A stretch of 64,000 nt of DNA from Candidatus Latescibacterota bacterium (lineage in GTDB: Bacteria > Latescibacterota > UBA2968 > UBA8231): assembly GCA_965261395.1 (NCBI GenBank), contig OZ253462.1, positions 3,968,001 through 4,032,000 on the forward strand. Reading direction: 5' to 3'. This document shows, in pieces, positions 1-9,857 of this stretch. The notes below the pieces were generated by a model that did no database searches, was not told the origin of the DNA, and saw only the letters and a list, made by a program, of their open reading frames with translations. The position numbers were made by a program, and so were the translations under genes. Position 1 is the first letter of the stretch; each line of letters begins with the position of its first letter.

Positions 1-666
1 CTGACAGAGGCCGATGCCGTTTGCCGGGCTGGGAACGAGATCGACCATCTTCTGGTAGTTCTCAACGCTGCTGATAATGCGGGCGATGCCCTGGATCGGC
101 GACAGGGGCGGGTCATCGGGATGCATGGCGAGCTTGACGTTCGCCTCTTCGGCGACCGGGACAACGCGCTCGAGGAAGTATTTCAGGTTGTCCCACTGGT
201 CCTCCTCGGTGACTTCGCCATGCTCGCCTGCAGGGTGGGTCTTGTTGAACTCCTCGAGGTCAAAGCCGGTCACCTTGGCACCGCCGCGCGTCGGGATTTC
301 GGACGACGTGCGAATCACGAAGAGGGTCGGCATCCACGCAGGGCACCATACCGGGATGCCGACCGCCCCCATGTTGCGGATGAACTCGCAGACGACGGCG
401 ATCTCTTCGTCGCGTCCCGGCTGGGCCAGTTTGATCTTCTCCATGGGTGGACGGCTTTCAATGACCGATAGCTGATAGCCGTTTTTCTCGTACTGCGCCT
501 TGAAGCGGGCTAGGGACTGGCGGCTGAACGGCTGCGCTTCGTCGGCGATCGGTTTATCCGGTATCGGCGCGAGGCCGAAGGTGCCGACGGCATGCTCGAC
601 GCCGCATTGGGTGCCGAAGGTCGATACGGCGCTGGCGTCTGGTCCGAGTGCCAAAGCGATTTTCAT
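1..666 (-). CDS. uxuA: Mannonate dehydratase family protein (runs off window start)
   Basis: Manual translation from ATG at 666 gives MKIALALG...WDNLKYFLERVVPVAEEANVKLAMHPDDPPLSPIQGIARII...PSPANGIGLCQ, with the UxuA HPDDPP motif. Absent from the ORF track because its stop lies outside the window. Confidence 0.85.
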   Translation of the reverse strand, partial: MKIALALGPDASAVSTFGTQCGVEHAVGTFGLAPIPDKPIADEAQPFSRQSLARFKAQYEKNGYQLSVIESRPPMEKIKLAQPGRDEEIAVVCEFIRNMGAVGIPVWCPAWMPTLFVIRTSSEIPTRGGAKVTGFDLEEFNKTHPAGEHGEVTEEDQWDNLKYFLERVVPVAEEANVKLAMHPDDPPLSPIQGIARIISSVENYQKMVDLVPSPANGIGLCQ

Positions 667-850
667 ATCTCTTCCTTTCGTTCTGTTTCGAGGATAACGG
701 CGATACTGCTCCGCGATACAGTAGCAAGGGTATTATAGCGGGCGGCCCTTCCTCTTTCAAGGCGGCTTGCCCTGTCTATCCTCAGGGGTATAGATTGACC
801 AGATCAGTTTTCGTCCTCGCGTCTCAACAATACTCAGGAGCCTATTATCC

Positions 851-1891
851 ATGACTGACCCGATCAAAGTCGCCGTGCTGGGCATGGCCCACGATCACTT
901 GTGGGGCAACCTCAGGGAACTAGCCGATCAGGAAGGAGCCCTCCTCGTAGGGGGTGCCGACCCCAACCCCGTACTCCAGGACCGCTTCCGCGAGCGCTCG
1001 GGCTGCGACCAAGTGTACGGCGACTACGAAGCCCTGCTCGACGCGCAAACCCCCGACGCAGTGTTCGTCTTTTCGGCGACTGCGCATCACGCTCCCATCG
1101 TCGAGCTGTGCGCGGCCCGGGGCATTCACGTGATGGTCGAGAAACCCATGGCCGCCACCCTCGAACAGGCCGACCGCATGCTGACCGCGGCCCAGCGCCA
1201 CCAGATTTGTCTGATGGTCAACTGGCCGACGGCTTGGTCGCGGCCCTTGCACACGGCCCACCGCCTCGTCGGAGAAGGGGCCATTGGGCAATTGTGGCAG
1301 CTCACTTGGCGCGGCGGCCACTGCGGCCCCGACGAATTGGGCTGCTCCGACGAATTCTGCGGCTTCCTCTTTGATCCCCAGCTCAACGGGGCCGGGGCCT
1401 TCAACGACTACAGCGGGTACGGTGCCAGCCTGTGCGTCCACTTTTTGGGCCGGCCGCACAGCGTCGTGGCCATGGCCGGCCGCTTGCTCAAGACCCATTT
1501 GCCGGTTGACGACAACGGCATTATGGTGCTGCGCTACCCCGAGGCTCTGTGCCGCTTGGAAATGACTTGGACCGAAGCCGTGCCCCACGTGCCGTCCCAC
1601 GACGTGGTGCTCTACGGCACGGAGGGGACTATAGTGGTGGGGAATCAGGTGACTGTGCATACCCGCCAGAATCGCGAGGGAACAGAGGCGGAGCTCGACG
1701 AATTGTCCGTCTCCGAGCGCAATGCCGCCACGCATTTTCTCCACTGCATCCGCTCGGGCCAGCCGCCCGAGGGCACGACCAACGCTACCCAATCGCGCTA
1801 CGCCCAGGAGATTATGGAAGCCGGCTTACAGGCGGCCACCTCGGGCGTGGAAGTGAGCCTGCCCATTGAGGGCCATTTGTTCCGCGCATAA
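851..1891 (+). CDS. Gfo/Idh/MocA family oxidoreductase
   Basis: N-terminal Rossmann fold, HVMVEKPMA motif, AGGAG RBS upstream. Confidence 0.9.
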   Translation: MTDPIKVAVLGMAHDHLWGNLRELADQEGALLVGGADPNPVLQDRFRERSGCDQVYGDYEALLDAQTPDAVFVFSATAHHAPIVELCAARGIHVMVEKPMAATLEQADRMLTAAQRHQICLMVNWPTAWSRPLHTAHRLVGEGAIGQLWQLTWRGGHCGPDELGCSDEFCGFLFDPQLNGAGAFNDYSGYGASLCVHFLGRPHSVVAMAGRLLKTHLPVDDNGIMVLRYPEALCRLEMTWTEAVPHVPSHDVVLYGTEGTIVVGNQVTVHTRQNREGTEAELDELSVSERNAATHFLHCIRSGQPPEGTTNATQSRYAQEIMEAGLQAATSGVEVSLPIEGHLFRA

Positions 1892-1931
1892 CACGTGATT
1901 CGCTCAATATCTACACTCGACAGGAGACCAC

Positions 1932-2624
1932 ATGACCCCTTCCCACTGGCGCAATATTCTGCACCACGACGACGAACCCGACGAGGCCATGCAACACATC
2001 GACGCCCAGGTCGTTCCGCTGGAGGAGCTGCCCGACGCGGTGCGCCACATCCGCGCCCTGATCTCGCGTTTCGACTCGCTGACCCACTACTGCGCTTTTG
2101 ACAACCTCGACTTGATCGTCCGCGCCATCGGCGAGGGCACCTACGTCGGACGCCCGGCCGTCGATGTGCTCACCCGAGCTTGGGAAATGGACGACCAGCG
2201 CCGGGGTCAGGCCAAGATGTATGTGCAAACTCTGCAAGCTTGGTCTGAAGGCAAGTCTGTGGAAGAAGCTCAGCAGGTGGCTGGCGATTCGGAACTGTGT
2301 GCCGAGTTGTACGGCATTTTGGGTCCGCCTGCAGAGCACAAGGTTTGGTTGGCGGCTTCCTTAGCCCATACCCTCAAAGCCTTCGCCTACGAGGCCCAAG
2401 ACTTGCTCGACAAAGCGGCCGAGGCGGATTTCGTGCACGGGGTTTACCGCGCGGCGCTCGGTCGCGACCCCTCGCCCGACGACTTGCAAAACCGCCTAGC
2501 CGAACTAGCCGGTGGCAAAAGCCGGGATCATTTCATCCGCGAGGTCTTTGACTCGGCCGAAAGCCGCCAGCGCCAACAGTGGCAAGTGCTGGAAAAGCTG
2601 AACGCCGACGAGAATGAGGGATGA
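1932..2624 (+). CDS. Hypothetical protein with C-terminal DUF4214-like segment
   Basis: AGGAG RBS; C-terminal FVHGVYRAALGRDPSPDDL...GKSRDHFIREVFDSAE resembles DUF4214. Confidence 0.6.
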   Translation: MTPSHWRNILHHDDEPDEAMQHIDAQVVPLEELPDAVRHIRALISRFDSLTHYCAFDNLDLIVRAIGEGTYVGRPAVDVLTRAWEMDDQRRGQAKMYVQTLQAWSEGKSVEEAQQVAGDSELCAELYGILGPPAEHKVWLAASLAHTLKAFAYEAQDLLDKAAEADFVHGVYRAALGRDPSPDDLQNRLAELAGGKSRDHFIREVFDSAESRQRQQWQVLEKLNADENEG

Positions 2625-2778
2625 TAGGCGCGGATGATCGCCAAAAGGTGGAGAAATCCTAAAAACAGTGCTCTCTAAAGTGCACTTTATTGTTGCGTAT
2701 ATTAGCTGTGGAACCGCATCGCCTTGCCGCTGGAGACAGCGCAATTATTTTGCAACCTATTCCAAGGAGGGGTTTGTC

Positions 2779-3561
2779 ATGCGTTTAATGAGCTTATTGT
2801 TCAGTGTGGTCTCTATGCTGCTGTTGGCAAATTCTGTTTACGGCCAAGAGAAGAACAGGATTCTCTTTGGATCAGACCGCGATGGCACGCCTGAGATCTA
2901 TGTGATGGATGCAGATGGGGCCAACCTAGTCCGACTCACTACGGATGCTTGGGTGCAGATTTTACCTGTGACGGAAGTCGCTAGCCTTGCTTGGTCCCCT
3001 GATGGAACGAAAATAGCCTTTATAGCAAATCGAGGGGGTGATCGGCGGATATTTGTGATGAATGCGGATGGGACTGACCTCGTTAGATTGACGGATCATC
3101 ACGCTGGGAACGGATCGCCGGTGTGGTCGCCGGATGGACGCCAGATCGCCTTCACATCACGACACTTCGGCAATGATGAGATTTATATAATTGATCCAGA
3201 CGCCAGGGAGCGGCGCTATTTTCGCAAGGATGGGGCAGAAGTGAGCGCAGAGGACTACAATAAACTCTTACCTTTCTTGAAAGGGCAGGTGATTACAGGG
3301 GCTGTGGATCCCCTCAATGTGACCAACCACCCAGCCGATGATGGGTCTCCGGTTTGGTCGCCAGACGGAACCCAAATTGCCTTTACCTCAACCCGCGATG
3401 ACAATGGAGAAATCTTTGTAATGAATGCGGACGGGACCAACCCGATCAACATAACCAATCATCCGGCGGGAGACGGTTCCCCCGCATGGTACCCCATTGG
3501 CGCTATGATAACGAATATTGAAGCAAAGTCGTGGGGACAGATTAAAGCCCAAGCGCATTGA
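2779..3561 (+). CDS. Secreted TolB-like (PD40 repeat) beta-propeller protein with C-terminal SWGQIK tail
   Basis: AAGGAGG RBS before ATG 2779; signal peptide; repeated WSPDGxxIAF and EIFVMNADG motifs. Confidence 0.85.
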   Translation: MRLMSLLFSVVSMLLLANSVYGQEKNRILFGSDRDGTPEIYVMDADGANLVRLTTDAWVQILPVTEVASLAWSPDGTKIAFIANRGGDRRIFVMNADGTDLVRLTDHHAGNGSPVWSPDGRQIAFTSRHFGNDEIYIIDPDARERRYFRKDGAEVSAEDYNKLLPFLKGQVITGAVDPLNVTNHPADDGSPVWSPDGTQIAFTSTRDDNGEIFVMNADGTNPINITNHPAGDGSPAWYPIGAMITNIEAKSWGQIKAQAH

Positions 3562-3649
3562 CGAGAGAGAATATCTATTTGCTGCAACCGCGCGAGGGCC
3601 TGAAGCAGGGTCGCATCACCCCGCCGAGTGGGTGAAAGAGGAGTCGGAC

Positions 3650-4558
3650 ATGGGCGTTTTCCCCGATGCGGCCCTGCGCCGGACGGCCGCGGCCTTTGAC
3701 GGCCGCATGGGCTGGCATCTAGAAGACCTAGCTACTGGCCAGGTGCATCAGTACAGAGCTGACGAGCGCTTTCCCACGGCCTCGGTCATCAAAATTGCCG
3801 TATTGGTCGAGTTGTTCCACCAGGCCGAGGTAGGACGGCTGTCGCAGGACGACCGGCACCGACTGCGGGGCGATATTTCAACGCACGGCTCGGGGGTGTT
3901 GCAAATCGCCCGCGACGAGCCCGAGTTGACCCTGCGCGACTACGCCCGCCTGATGATGGGCATCAGCGACAACATTGCCACTGATTTCCTCATGGGGCTG
4001 CTGGGGCTGGACCAGATCAACGCCACCCTCGACCGATTGGGCTGTGCCAATGTGCGGGCCACCGCGACCATGGGCCGCTATCACTACCGCATGGTAGGGA
4101 TGGACGAGATGCCCACCAATCGGGCCAACGATGCAGTGTACAGAGAGCGGGTCAGCACTCGGGGCCTTGACTACGGCAGCGTGTCCTTTGGGGATTCGCT
4201 GGAAAATAACGTGGCCGCCCCCGGCGAGTTGGCCTCTTTATTGGCGGCTATGTACCGCGGACAGGTCGTCAGTGCGGCGGCCTCCAAAGCCATGATCGAG
4301 TTGCTCAAAACCGGCCGGGATACCCGCATGATCCGGCGCTACCTAAAGCCGGATGTGGTGGTGGCGCACAAGTACGGCTCCAGCGGTATCATCAAAGGGG
4401 ATGCTGGCCTCGTGTTTTTGCCAACAGGGCCCTTGGTCGTGGTGGCCTTTGCCCTAGCCCGCAGCGACGGACCCGCCGCTGCCGAGGCCATTGCCCAGGT
4501 CACCCGCTTGGCCGTGGAGGCGCTGGCTCTCGAGTGCGCGGTGGACAATAGCAGTTAG
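3650..4558 (+). CDS. Serine hydrolase, class A beta-lactamase-like fold
   Basis: FPTASVIK (SxxK), SDN and HKYG motifs; GAGGAG RBS before ATG 3650. Confidence 0.8.
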   Translation: MGVFPDAALRRTAAAFDGRMGWHLEDLATGQVHQYRADERFPTASVIKIAVLVELFHQAEVGRLSQDDRHRLRGDISTHGSGVLQIARDEPELTLRDYARLMMGISDNIATDFLMGLLGLDQINATLDRLGCANVRATATMGRYHYRMVGMDEMPTNRANDAVYRERVSTRGLDYGSVSFGDSLENNVAAPGELASLLAAMYRGQVVSAAASKAMIELLKTGRDTRMIRRYLKPDVVVAHKYGSSGIIKGDAGLVFLPTGPLVVVAFALARSDGPAAAEAIAQVTRLAVEALALECAVDNSS

Positions 4559-4599
4559 TGGGGGACCATGCGATTCAGTTTTTACCCTAGGAGGGACTC

Positions 4600-5430
4600 G
4601 TGATCATCGACACTCATCTGCACGTGTGGAGCGACGACGTGGAGCGCTATCCCTTTGCCGAGGGCCGGACTCAGGTCGGCGGTGGATCCGTGGAATTGCT
4701 CAACCAGACCATGGACGAGGTCGGGGTCGATAAAGCGGTCATTGTGCAGCCGATCCACTATTTGTTCGACAACCGGTACGTGGCCGAGTGTCTGCGTCGC
4801 TTTCCGGGCCGCTTTGCCGCCATTGGCTTGGTCGATCCCAAGGCCCCAGACGCGGCCGACCGACTGGAAAAGTTTGTGCGCGAGGACGGTTTTGGCGGCT
4901 TGCGCATTCACTCGTCGCGGCTCGACCATCCCGCGGAATGGGCCGCCCCCGACCAAGATCCGCTGTGGCGGCGGTCGGAGGAACTGGGCACTTGTTTTAT
5001 TGTCCACGGCCCGGCGGCCAATCTGCCCCACCTGGAGCCCATCATCGGCCGCTTTCCCGAGGTGCCGGTAGTGCTGGACCACATCGGCGGGGCACCGACT
5101 GATGAGGAACCTCCCTTCCCGCTGTTGAGCCACGTACTCGACCTGGCGCGCTTTCCGAGGGTGTACGTGAAATTCATCCCGCAGGCGCACAAGTCCGAGT
5201 TGCCCTTTCCGCACGCGGATACGTTTCCCACCTTCCGCCGCATCTACGATGCCTTTGGGCCGCAGCGGCTGATGTGGGGAACCAATTTCCCCGGCGTAAT
5301 GAAAGGGGTGGGGTACGGGCCGGCCCTGGAGATGTTCCGCGACCACGTCGATTTTCTCACCGACGACGACAAGGCGTGGCTCTTCCACCGCACGGCTTTG
5401 CAGGTGTGGAGCTTTGCAGGAGCGGAGTAG
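4600..5430 (+). CDS. Amidohydrolase family protein (Amidohydro_2)
   Basis: IIDTHLHVW, VLDHIG, FGPQRLMWGTNFP. Confidence 0.9.
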   Translation: MIIDTHLHVWSDDVERYPFAEGRTQVGGGSVELLNQTMDEVGVDKAVIVQPIHYLFDNRYVAECLRRFPGRFAAIGLVDPKAPDAADRLEKFVREDGFGGLRIHSSRLDHPAEWAAPDQDPLWRRSEELGTCFIVHGPAANLPHLEPIIGRFPEVPVVLDHIGGAPTDEEPPFPLLSHVLDLARFPRVYVKFIPQAHKSELPFPHADTFPTFRRIYDAFGPQRLMWGTNFPGVMKGVGYGPALEMFRDHVDFLTDDDKAWLFHRTALQVWSFAGAE

Positions 5431-5587
5431 TCGCCAACGGAAAAACTTCTTGCTCCAAGCGGTCAGTTCGGCACAAAGCCGACTCGGTAGCAGGGCACAG
5501 AGGTGGCCATTGCGCGTCGGTTTAATCGGGCGGATATTGATCGGGCGTACTCATCCGTTAAAAACGCTTTTAAGAGGAGGAAACCGT

Positions 5588-6892
5588 ATGAGAATGCGGA
5601 TGCTCGGGCTGGCGGCGGCCCTGCTGCTAGCGGTGCAAATGGGTGGTGCCGAAGAAAAAAAGATTACTATCTGGTGGGCGCAATGGGATCCGGCCGCGGC
5701 GCTACAAGAGCTGGGTCACGAGTTCGCCCAAGAGACCGGGATTGCCGTCGAGGTGTACCAGATTCCCTGGCCCGCTTATCAGGATCAAGTCTTTCTCAAT
5801 TTCGGCAACAAGCAGACCGATTTCGACATCGTCGTCGGCGACAGCCAGTGGATCGGCCGCGGCGCGACTAAAGGGCTGTATCTGGAGCTGACCGATTGGC
5901 TGCCTCAAGCCGTTGATATGGGTGCGATTCATCCGCGGGCCGCGCGCTATTTGTGCGAATACCCGCCGGGCAGCAGCCGGTTTTTCGCCGCGCCCTGCCA
6001 GACGGATGCCATTGGCTTTGTCTATCGCCGCGACTGGTTTACAGACCCCACCGAGCAGGAAGCGTTTGCCGCTCGCTACGGCAGGCCGCTCGCCGCGCCC
6101 GACACGTGGGAGGAATTCCGCGACGTGGCCGAGTTTTTCCACCGCCCGGAGCAAAAGCGCTATGGCTGCTCATTGCTGACGGGCCGCGGCTACGACTCCA
6201 TCGTCATGGGCTTTCAGCCCTTTCTCTGGGCTTGGGGCGGCGCTTGGGGCGACCCGCAGAGTCACAAGGTGCAGGGCCACCTCAACACCGAGGGGGCCGT
6301 GGCCGGGCTGGAGTTTTTCAAGTCCCTGCTGCAATTCACGCCCGAAGGCGGCACAAATGCCGATTACTTCTTCAACCTAGAGGCTTTCTCCAACGGCTCC
6401 ACGGCCATGGTCTTGGACTACTTTCCGTTTTATCCGGGCATCGTCGCCAGTATGGGCGATCAAGTCGGCTTCTTCCAGGTGCCGCGCCACGGCGACATGC
6501 GCGTGATCTCGCTGGGCGGACAGGGCTTTAGCATTTCGACTAAGACCACGCCGCAAAAGCAGGAATGGGCCAAGCAGTTTATCGCGTGGTTTTCCCAGAC
6601 CGCCATTCAGGAGAAGTGGATAGCCTATCCCGGCTCGTTCACGGCCAATACCGAGTTGCTGGCGAGCGCGGAATTTGCCGCGGCCGCGCCGTACAACGCC
6701 GTGTTCGCCGCGTCGCTGGATCACTTGCAGGACTTTTGGAACGTGCCGGTGTACAACGAGCTGTTAGCTGCGGCCGTGCGCCACTTAGGCGCGGCCCTCG
6801 ACGGGACGAGCGCGAGTGCCGATGCCTTAGACGCGCTGGCCGCTGAACACGAGATGATTCTGATGGAAGCGGGCCTACTAGAGATGGAATAG
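5588..6892 (+). CDS. Sugar ABC transporter substrate-binding protein
   Basis: GAGGAGG RBS, signal peptide, PDTWEEF motif, first gene of ABC operon. Confidence 0.85.
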   Translation: MRMRMLGLAAALLLAVQMGGAEEKKITIWWAQWDPAAALQELGHEFAQETGIAVEVYQIPWPAYQDQVFLNFGNKQTDFDIVVGDSQWIGRGATKGLYLELTDWLPQAVDMGAIHPRAARYLCEYPPGSSRFFAAPCQTDAIGFVYRRDWFTDPTEQEAFAARYGRPLAAPDTWEEFRDVAEFFHRPEQKRYGCSLLTGRGYDSIVMGFQPFLWAWGGAWGDPQSHKVQGHLNTEGAVAGLEFFKSLLQFTPEGGTNADYFFNLEAFSNGSTAMVLDYFPFYPGIVASMGDQVGFFQVPRHGDMRVISLGGQGFSISTKTTPQKQEWAKQFIAWFSQTAIQEKWIAYPGSFTANTELLASAEFAAAAPYNAVFAASLDHLQDFWNVPVYNELLAAAVRHLGAALDGTSASADALDALAAEHEMILMEAGLLEME

Positions 6893-6900
6893 GGGGCGGC

Positions 6901-7797
6901 GTGAGGGGTAGTACGGGCCGGTGCCGTGATTGGACGCCATATGCGTTTGTGGGACCGGCCTTCATTTTGCTCATTGGCGTGAATGTCTTCCCACTGCTAT
7001 ACAGCATCGCGCTCAGCTTCACCAATGTGGACTTGGTCGGTGGGGCGTGGAAGTTCATGGGGGGATTCAACTACGCCGTGGCGTTCAAGTATGCCCAATA
7101 CGGGGCTGCGCTGCGGACGACCGCGCTCTTTGTTTGCGTGGCCGTGGCCGCGGAACTGGTTTTGGGCTTTGCTTTGGCGCTGGCGCTCAAAGATCGCTTC
7201 AGCGGCCGGGCGTTTGCGCTGACCGCACTTTTGGTGCCGATGATGTTGCCGTCGGCCGTGATTGCGCTCTTTTGGAAGCTGGTGCTCAACGGGCACTACG
7301 GCATCCTCAACCAATGCCTCGGCGCGCTGGGGCTGGGCCAACCTCAGTGGATTACCGATCCCGACCTCAAGCTGCTGTCGATTTTGCTGGTTGACGTGTG
7401 GATGTGGACACCGTTTATGATGCTGATCGCGCTGGCGGCGCTCAATGCCATCCCCGGCTATCTGTACGAGGCCGCGGCCATTGACCGGGCCTCGCGGTGG
7501 AAGGTCTTCCGCCGGATTACCCTGCCTTTGTGCGCGCCGCTTTTGGGGCTGGCTGTGCTGCTGAGGGCCACGGACGCGCTCAAGCAGTTCGATTTGGTCA
7601 TGGCCATCACCGGTCCCAACGATCCCGCGACGCAAACGGTGAGTGCACTGCTCTATCAGGTGGTGTTCCGCGACGGCAAAGTGGGGTTGGGCGCGGCGTA
7701 TTCGTACGTGGTGCTGGTGCTGGTGCTCGCGCTGGCCAGTGTGTTTGTGCGCTACATGAGCGGGGTGCAGCGGCGCGAGGAGGCCGGGGCACAGTGA
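6901..7797 (+). CDS. Sugar ABC transporter permease
   Basis: Hydrophobic helices; EAA loop YEAAAIDRASRWKVFRRITLP. Confidence 0.9.
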   Translation: MRGSTGRCRDWTPYAFVGPAFILLIGVNVFPLLYSIALSFTNVDLVGGAWKFMGGFNYAVAFKYAQYGAALRTTALFVCVAVAAELVLGFALALALKDRFSGRAFALTALLVPMMLPSAVIALFWKLVLNGHYGILNQCLGALGLGQPQWITDPDLKLLSILLVDVWMWTPFMMLIALAALNAIPGYLYEAAAIDRASRWKVFRRITLPLCAPLLGLAVLLRATDALKQFDLVMAITGPNDPATQTVSALLYQVVFRDGKVGLGAAYSYVVLVLVLALASVFVRYMSGVQRREEAGAQ

Positions 7798-8657
7798 AGG
7801 CGCTGCGGATCGCCTTTGTCGGGGGCTATTTTTGCGCGGCCATGCTGCCGCTGATATGGCTCTTGCTGACCTCGTTTAAGACGCGGGACGACAGTATTGC
7901 CGTGTATCCGAAGTTCGCGCCCACTTGGGCCAGTGAGGTCGCGGCTGACGGAATCTACTTCCGCGCCAATCTCGACGGCTACCGCCAACTGGCCGCGGTG
8001 TACGCCGGCGGGGATCACGCCTTTTTCCACTACTTGGGCAACAGCTTGGTCATTGGCCTGCTCAGCACTTTGTGCTCGGTGCTGATCGGCACTTGCGCGG
8101 CCTATGGCTTTAGCCGCTTTGCCATCCCCGGGGGGCGAGACTGGCTGTTCTTCATCCTCTCGACGCGCTTTTTGCCTCCCCTCGCCGTGGTCGTGCCGGT
8201 GTTGATGATGTATCGCGAATTCGATCTCCAGAACAGTCACTTGGGATTGGTGCTGCTGTACACGGCGTTTAACATGTCGCTAGCCGTGTGGCTGATGAAG
8301 GGCTTTATCGACGAAATACCTACGGCGTACGAAGAGGCCGCGTTGGTGGCTGGCTATACCCGCTTCCAAGCCTTCCGCTTGGTCGTCCTGCCACGGGCCG
8401 TGCCCGGGATGGCGGTAACTGCGGTGTTTTGCCTGATTTCGGCGTGGAACGAGTACGGGTTTGCCATGACGCTCAACAACCAAAAGGCCGTTACGGTGCC
8501 GGTTTACTTCGCTGGTTTGCAGGGCAATGTGTCGGGCTTGCCGTGGGCACAGATCAGCGCGGGAATGCTGATTTTTGTCGCGCCGATCATCGTCTTTACG
8601 GTCTTGGTGCGCAAGCATCTGCTGCGCGGCGTCACCTTTGGGACGATCAAGCGATGA
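7794..8657 (+). CDS. Sugar ABC transporter permease
   Basis: GTG overlapping upstream stop; EAA loop EEAALVAGYTRFQAFRLVVLP. Confidence 0.9.
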   Translation: MKALRIAFVGGYFCAAMLPLIWLLLTSFKTRDDSIAVYPKFAPTWASEVAADGIYFRANLDGYRQLAAVYAGGDHAFFHYLGNSLVIGLLSTLCSVLIGTCAAYGFSRFAIPGGRDWLFFILSTRFLPPLAVVVPVLMMYREFDLQNSHLGLVLLYTAFNMSLAVWLMKGFIDEIPTAYEEAALVAGYTRFQAFRLVVLPRAVPGMAVTAVFCLISAWNEYGFAMTLNNQKAVTVPVYFAGLQGNVSGLPWAQISAGMLIFVAPIIVFTVLVRKHLLRGVTFGTIKR

Positions 8658-8818
8658 GCCGCTGGTTGGATCGCTGCGCCCTCGTGGGCATGGTCGCCGG
8701 CGTGGGATTGATGCTGCAACCGTTCTGGGGGGTGGGGCTGAAGTATGGGTTTTTTGTCGCGATCGTCTGCACGCTGTTGCACGTTGTAACTTCGCGTCGG
8801 CAGATGGACGAGCCATGA
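8654..8818 (+). CDS. Small two-helix membrane protein (54 aa) within ABC operon
   Basis: ATGA overlaps with both neighbours; hydrophobic MSRWLDRCALVGMVAGVGLMLQPFWGVGLKYGFFVAIVCTLLHVV. Confidence 0.65.
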   Translation: MSRWLDRCALVGMVAGVGLMLQPFWGVGLKYGFFVAIVCTLLHVVTSRRQMDEP

Positions 8819-9855
8819 GCTTTCTCGAGTGCCGGGATTTGGTCAAGACCTATGCCGACGGCACGCGCGCGGTCCGGGGCATTGACTTGCGCTGCGACGC
8901 GGGCGAGTTCGCCGTGCTGTTGGGGCCTTCCGGGTGCGGCAAGACGACTACGCTGCGGATGGTCGCTGGCCTCGAAAAGCCTACGGCCGGGCAGATTGTG
9001 CTGGCCAGCGCGGACATCACCGATCACTCGCCCGCCGAGCGGGACGTGGGGTTTGCGTTTCAGTTTTACGCGCTTTATCCGCACCTGAAGGTCGAGGACA
9101 ACATTGGCTTTCCGCTGGAGAGCATGGGATTGAATCGTCGGGAACGTCGGCAGCGGGTGGCCGACATTGTCGAGCGGTTGGGGCTGGGCGCGTTGGTCGG
9201 GCGCTATCCTCGGCAGCTATCGGGTGGCGATCAGCAGCGGGTGGCCTTGGCGCGGGCCATGGTGCGGCGGCCGCAGATCTACCTGATGGACGAGCCGTTG
9301 GGCACGCTCGACGCGGATTTGCGGCTGGAGATGCGGGAGATGATTCGTGCCCAGCAGCTCGACGCTGGGATCGCCACCTTGTATGTGACCCACGACCAAG
9401 AGGAGGCCATGAGCTTGGCCGATCAAGTGGTGGTCATGGACGAGGGCCGGATTCGCCAGAGCGGGGCTGCGGCCTTGGTGTACGACCAGCCGGCTGACCT
9501 GTTTGTGGCGCACTTTATTGGCAGTCCCAGCATGAACTTCATTAGCGGGGAGGTCCGCGAGGACTGTTTTGTTGCGCTTGGGTTGGTTTGGCCGCTGGCC
9601 GAGCGGGTGCGGCCGGGGCCAGCGACGCTAGGGGTGCGGCCGGAGTTCGTGCGGCCGGCTGACGAAGCGCGGCTGCGGGCTGAGGTGGTGCGCGACGAAT
9701 ATCAAGGCGCGTGTCGCCATATCCACTTGCAGGCTGAGTGCGGTCGGCTGGTCATGCGGGTGGCCGATCGGGAGTGGGTGGCTGTGGGTGCGGCCTTGGG
9801 CTTAGACTTTGCTCAGGCGCTGTTGTTTGATCCGACGAGCGGCAAGCGGCTCTAA
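8815..9855 (+). CDS. Sugar ABC transporter ATP-binding protein
   Basis: GPSGCGKTT, LSGGDQQRV, MDEP, VTHDQ. Confidence 0.92.
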   Translation: MSFLECRDLVKTYADGTRAVRGIDLRCDAGEFAVLLGPSGCGKTTTLRMVAGLEKPTAGQIVLASADITDHSPAERDVGFAFQFYALYPHLKVEDNIGFPLESMGLNRRERRQRVADIVERLGLGALVGRYPRQLSGGDQQRVALARAMVRRPQIYLMDEPLGTLDADLRLEMREMIRAQQLDAGIATLYVTHDQEEAMSLADQVVVMDEGRIRQSGAAALVYDQPADLFVAHFIGSPSMNFISGEVREDCFVALGLVWPLAERVRPGPATLGVRPEFVRPADEARLRAEVVRDEYQGACRHIHLQAECGRLVMRVADREWVAVGAALGLDFAQALLFDPTSGKRL

Positions 9856-9857
9856 AA

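Noticed and set aside
77-760. Several ORFs in the track at the window start
   Set aside because: They are shadows of the minus-strand uxuA-like gene at 1-666.
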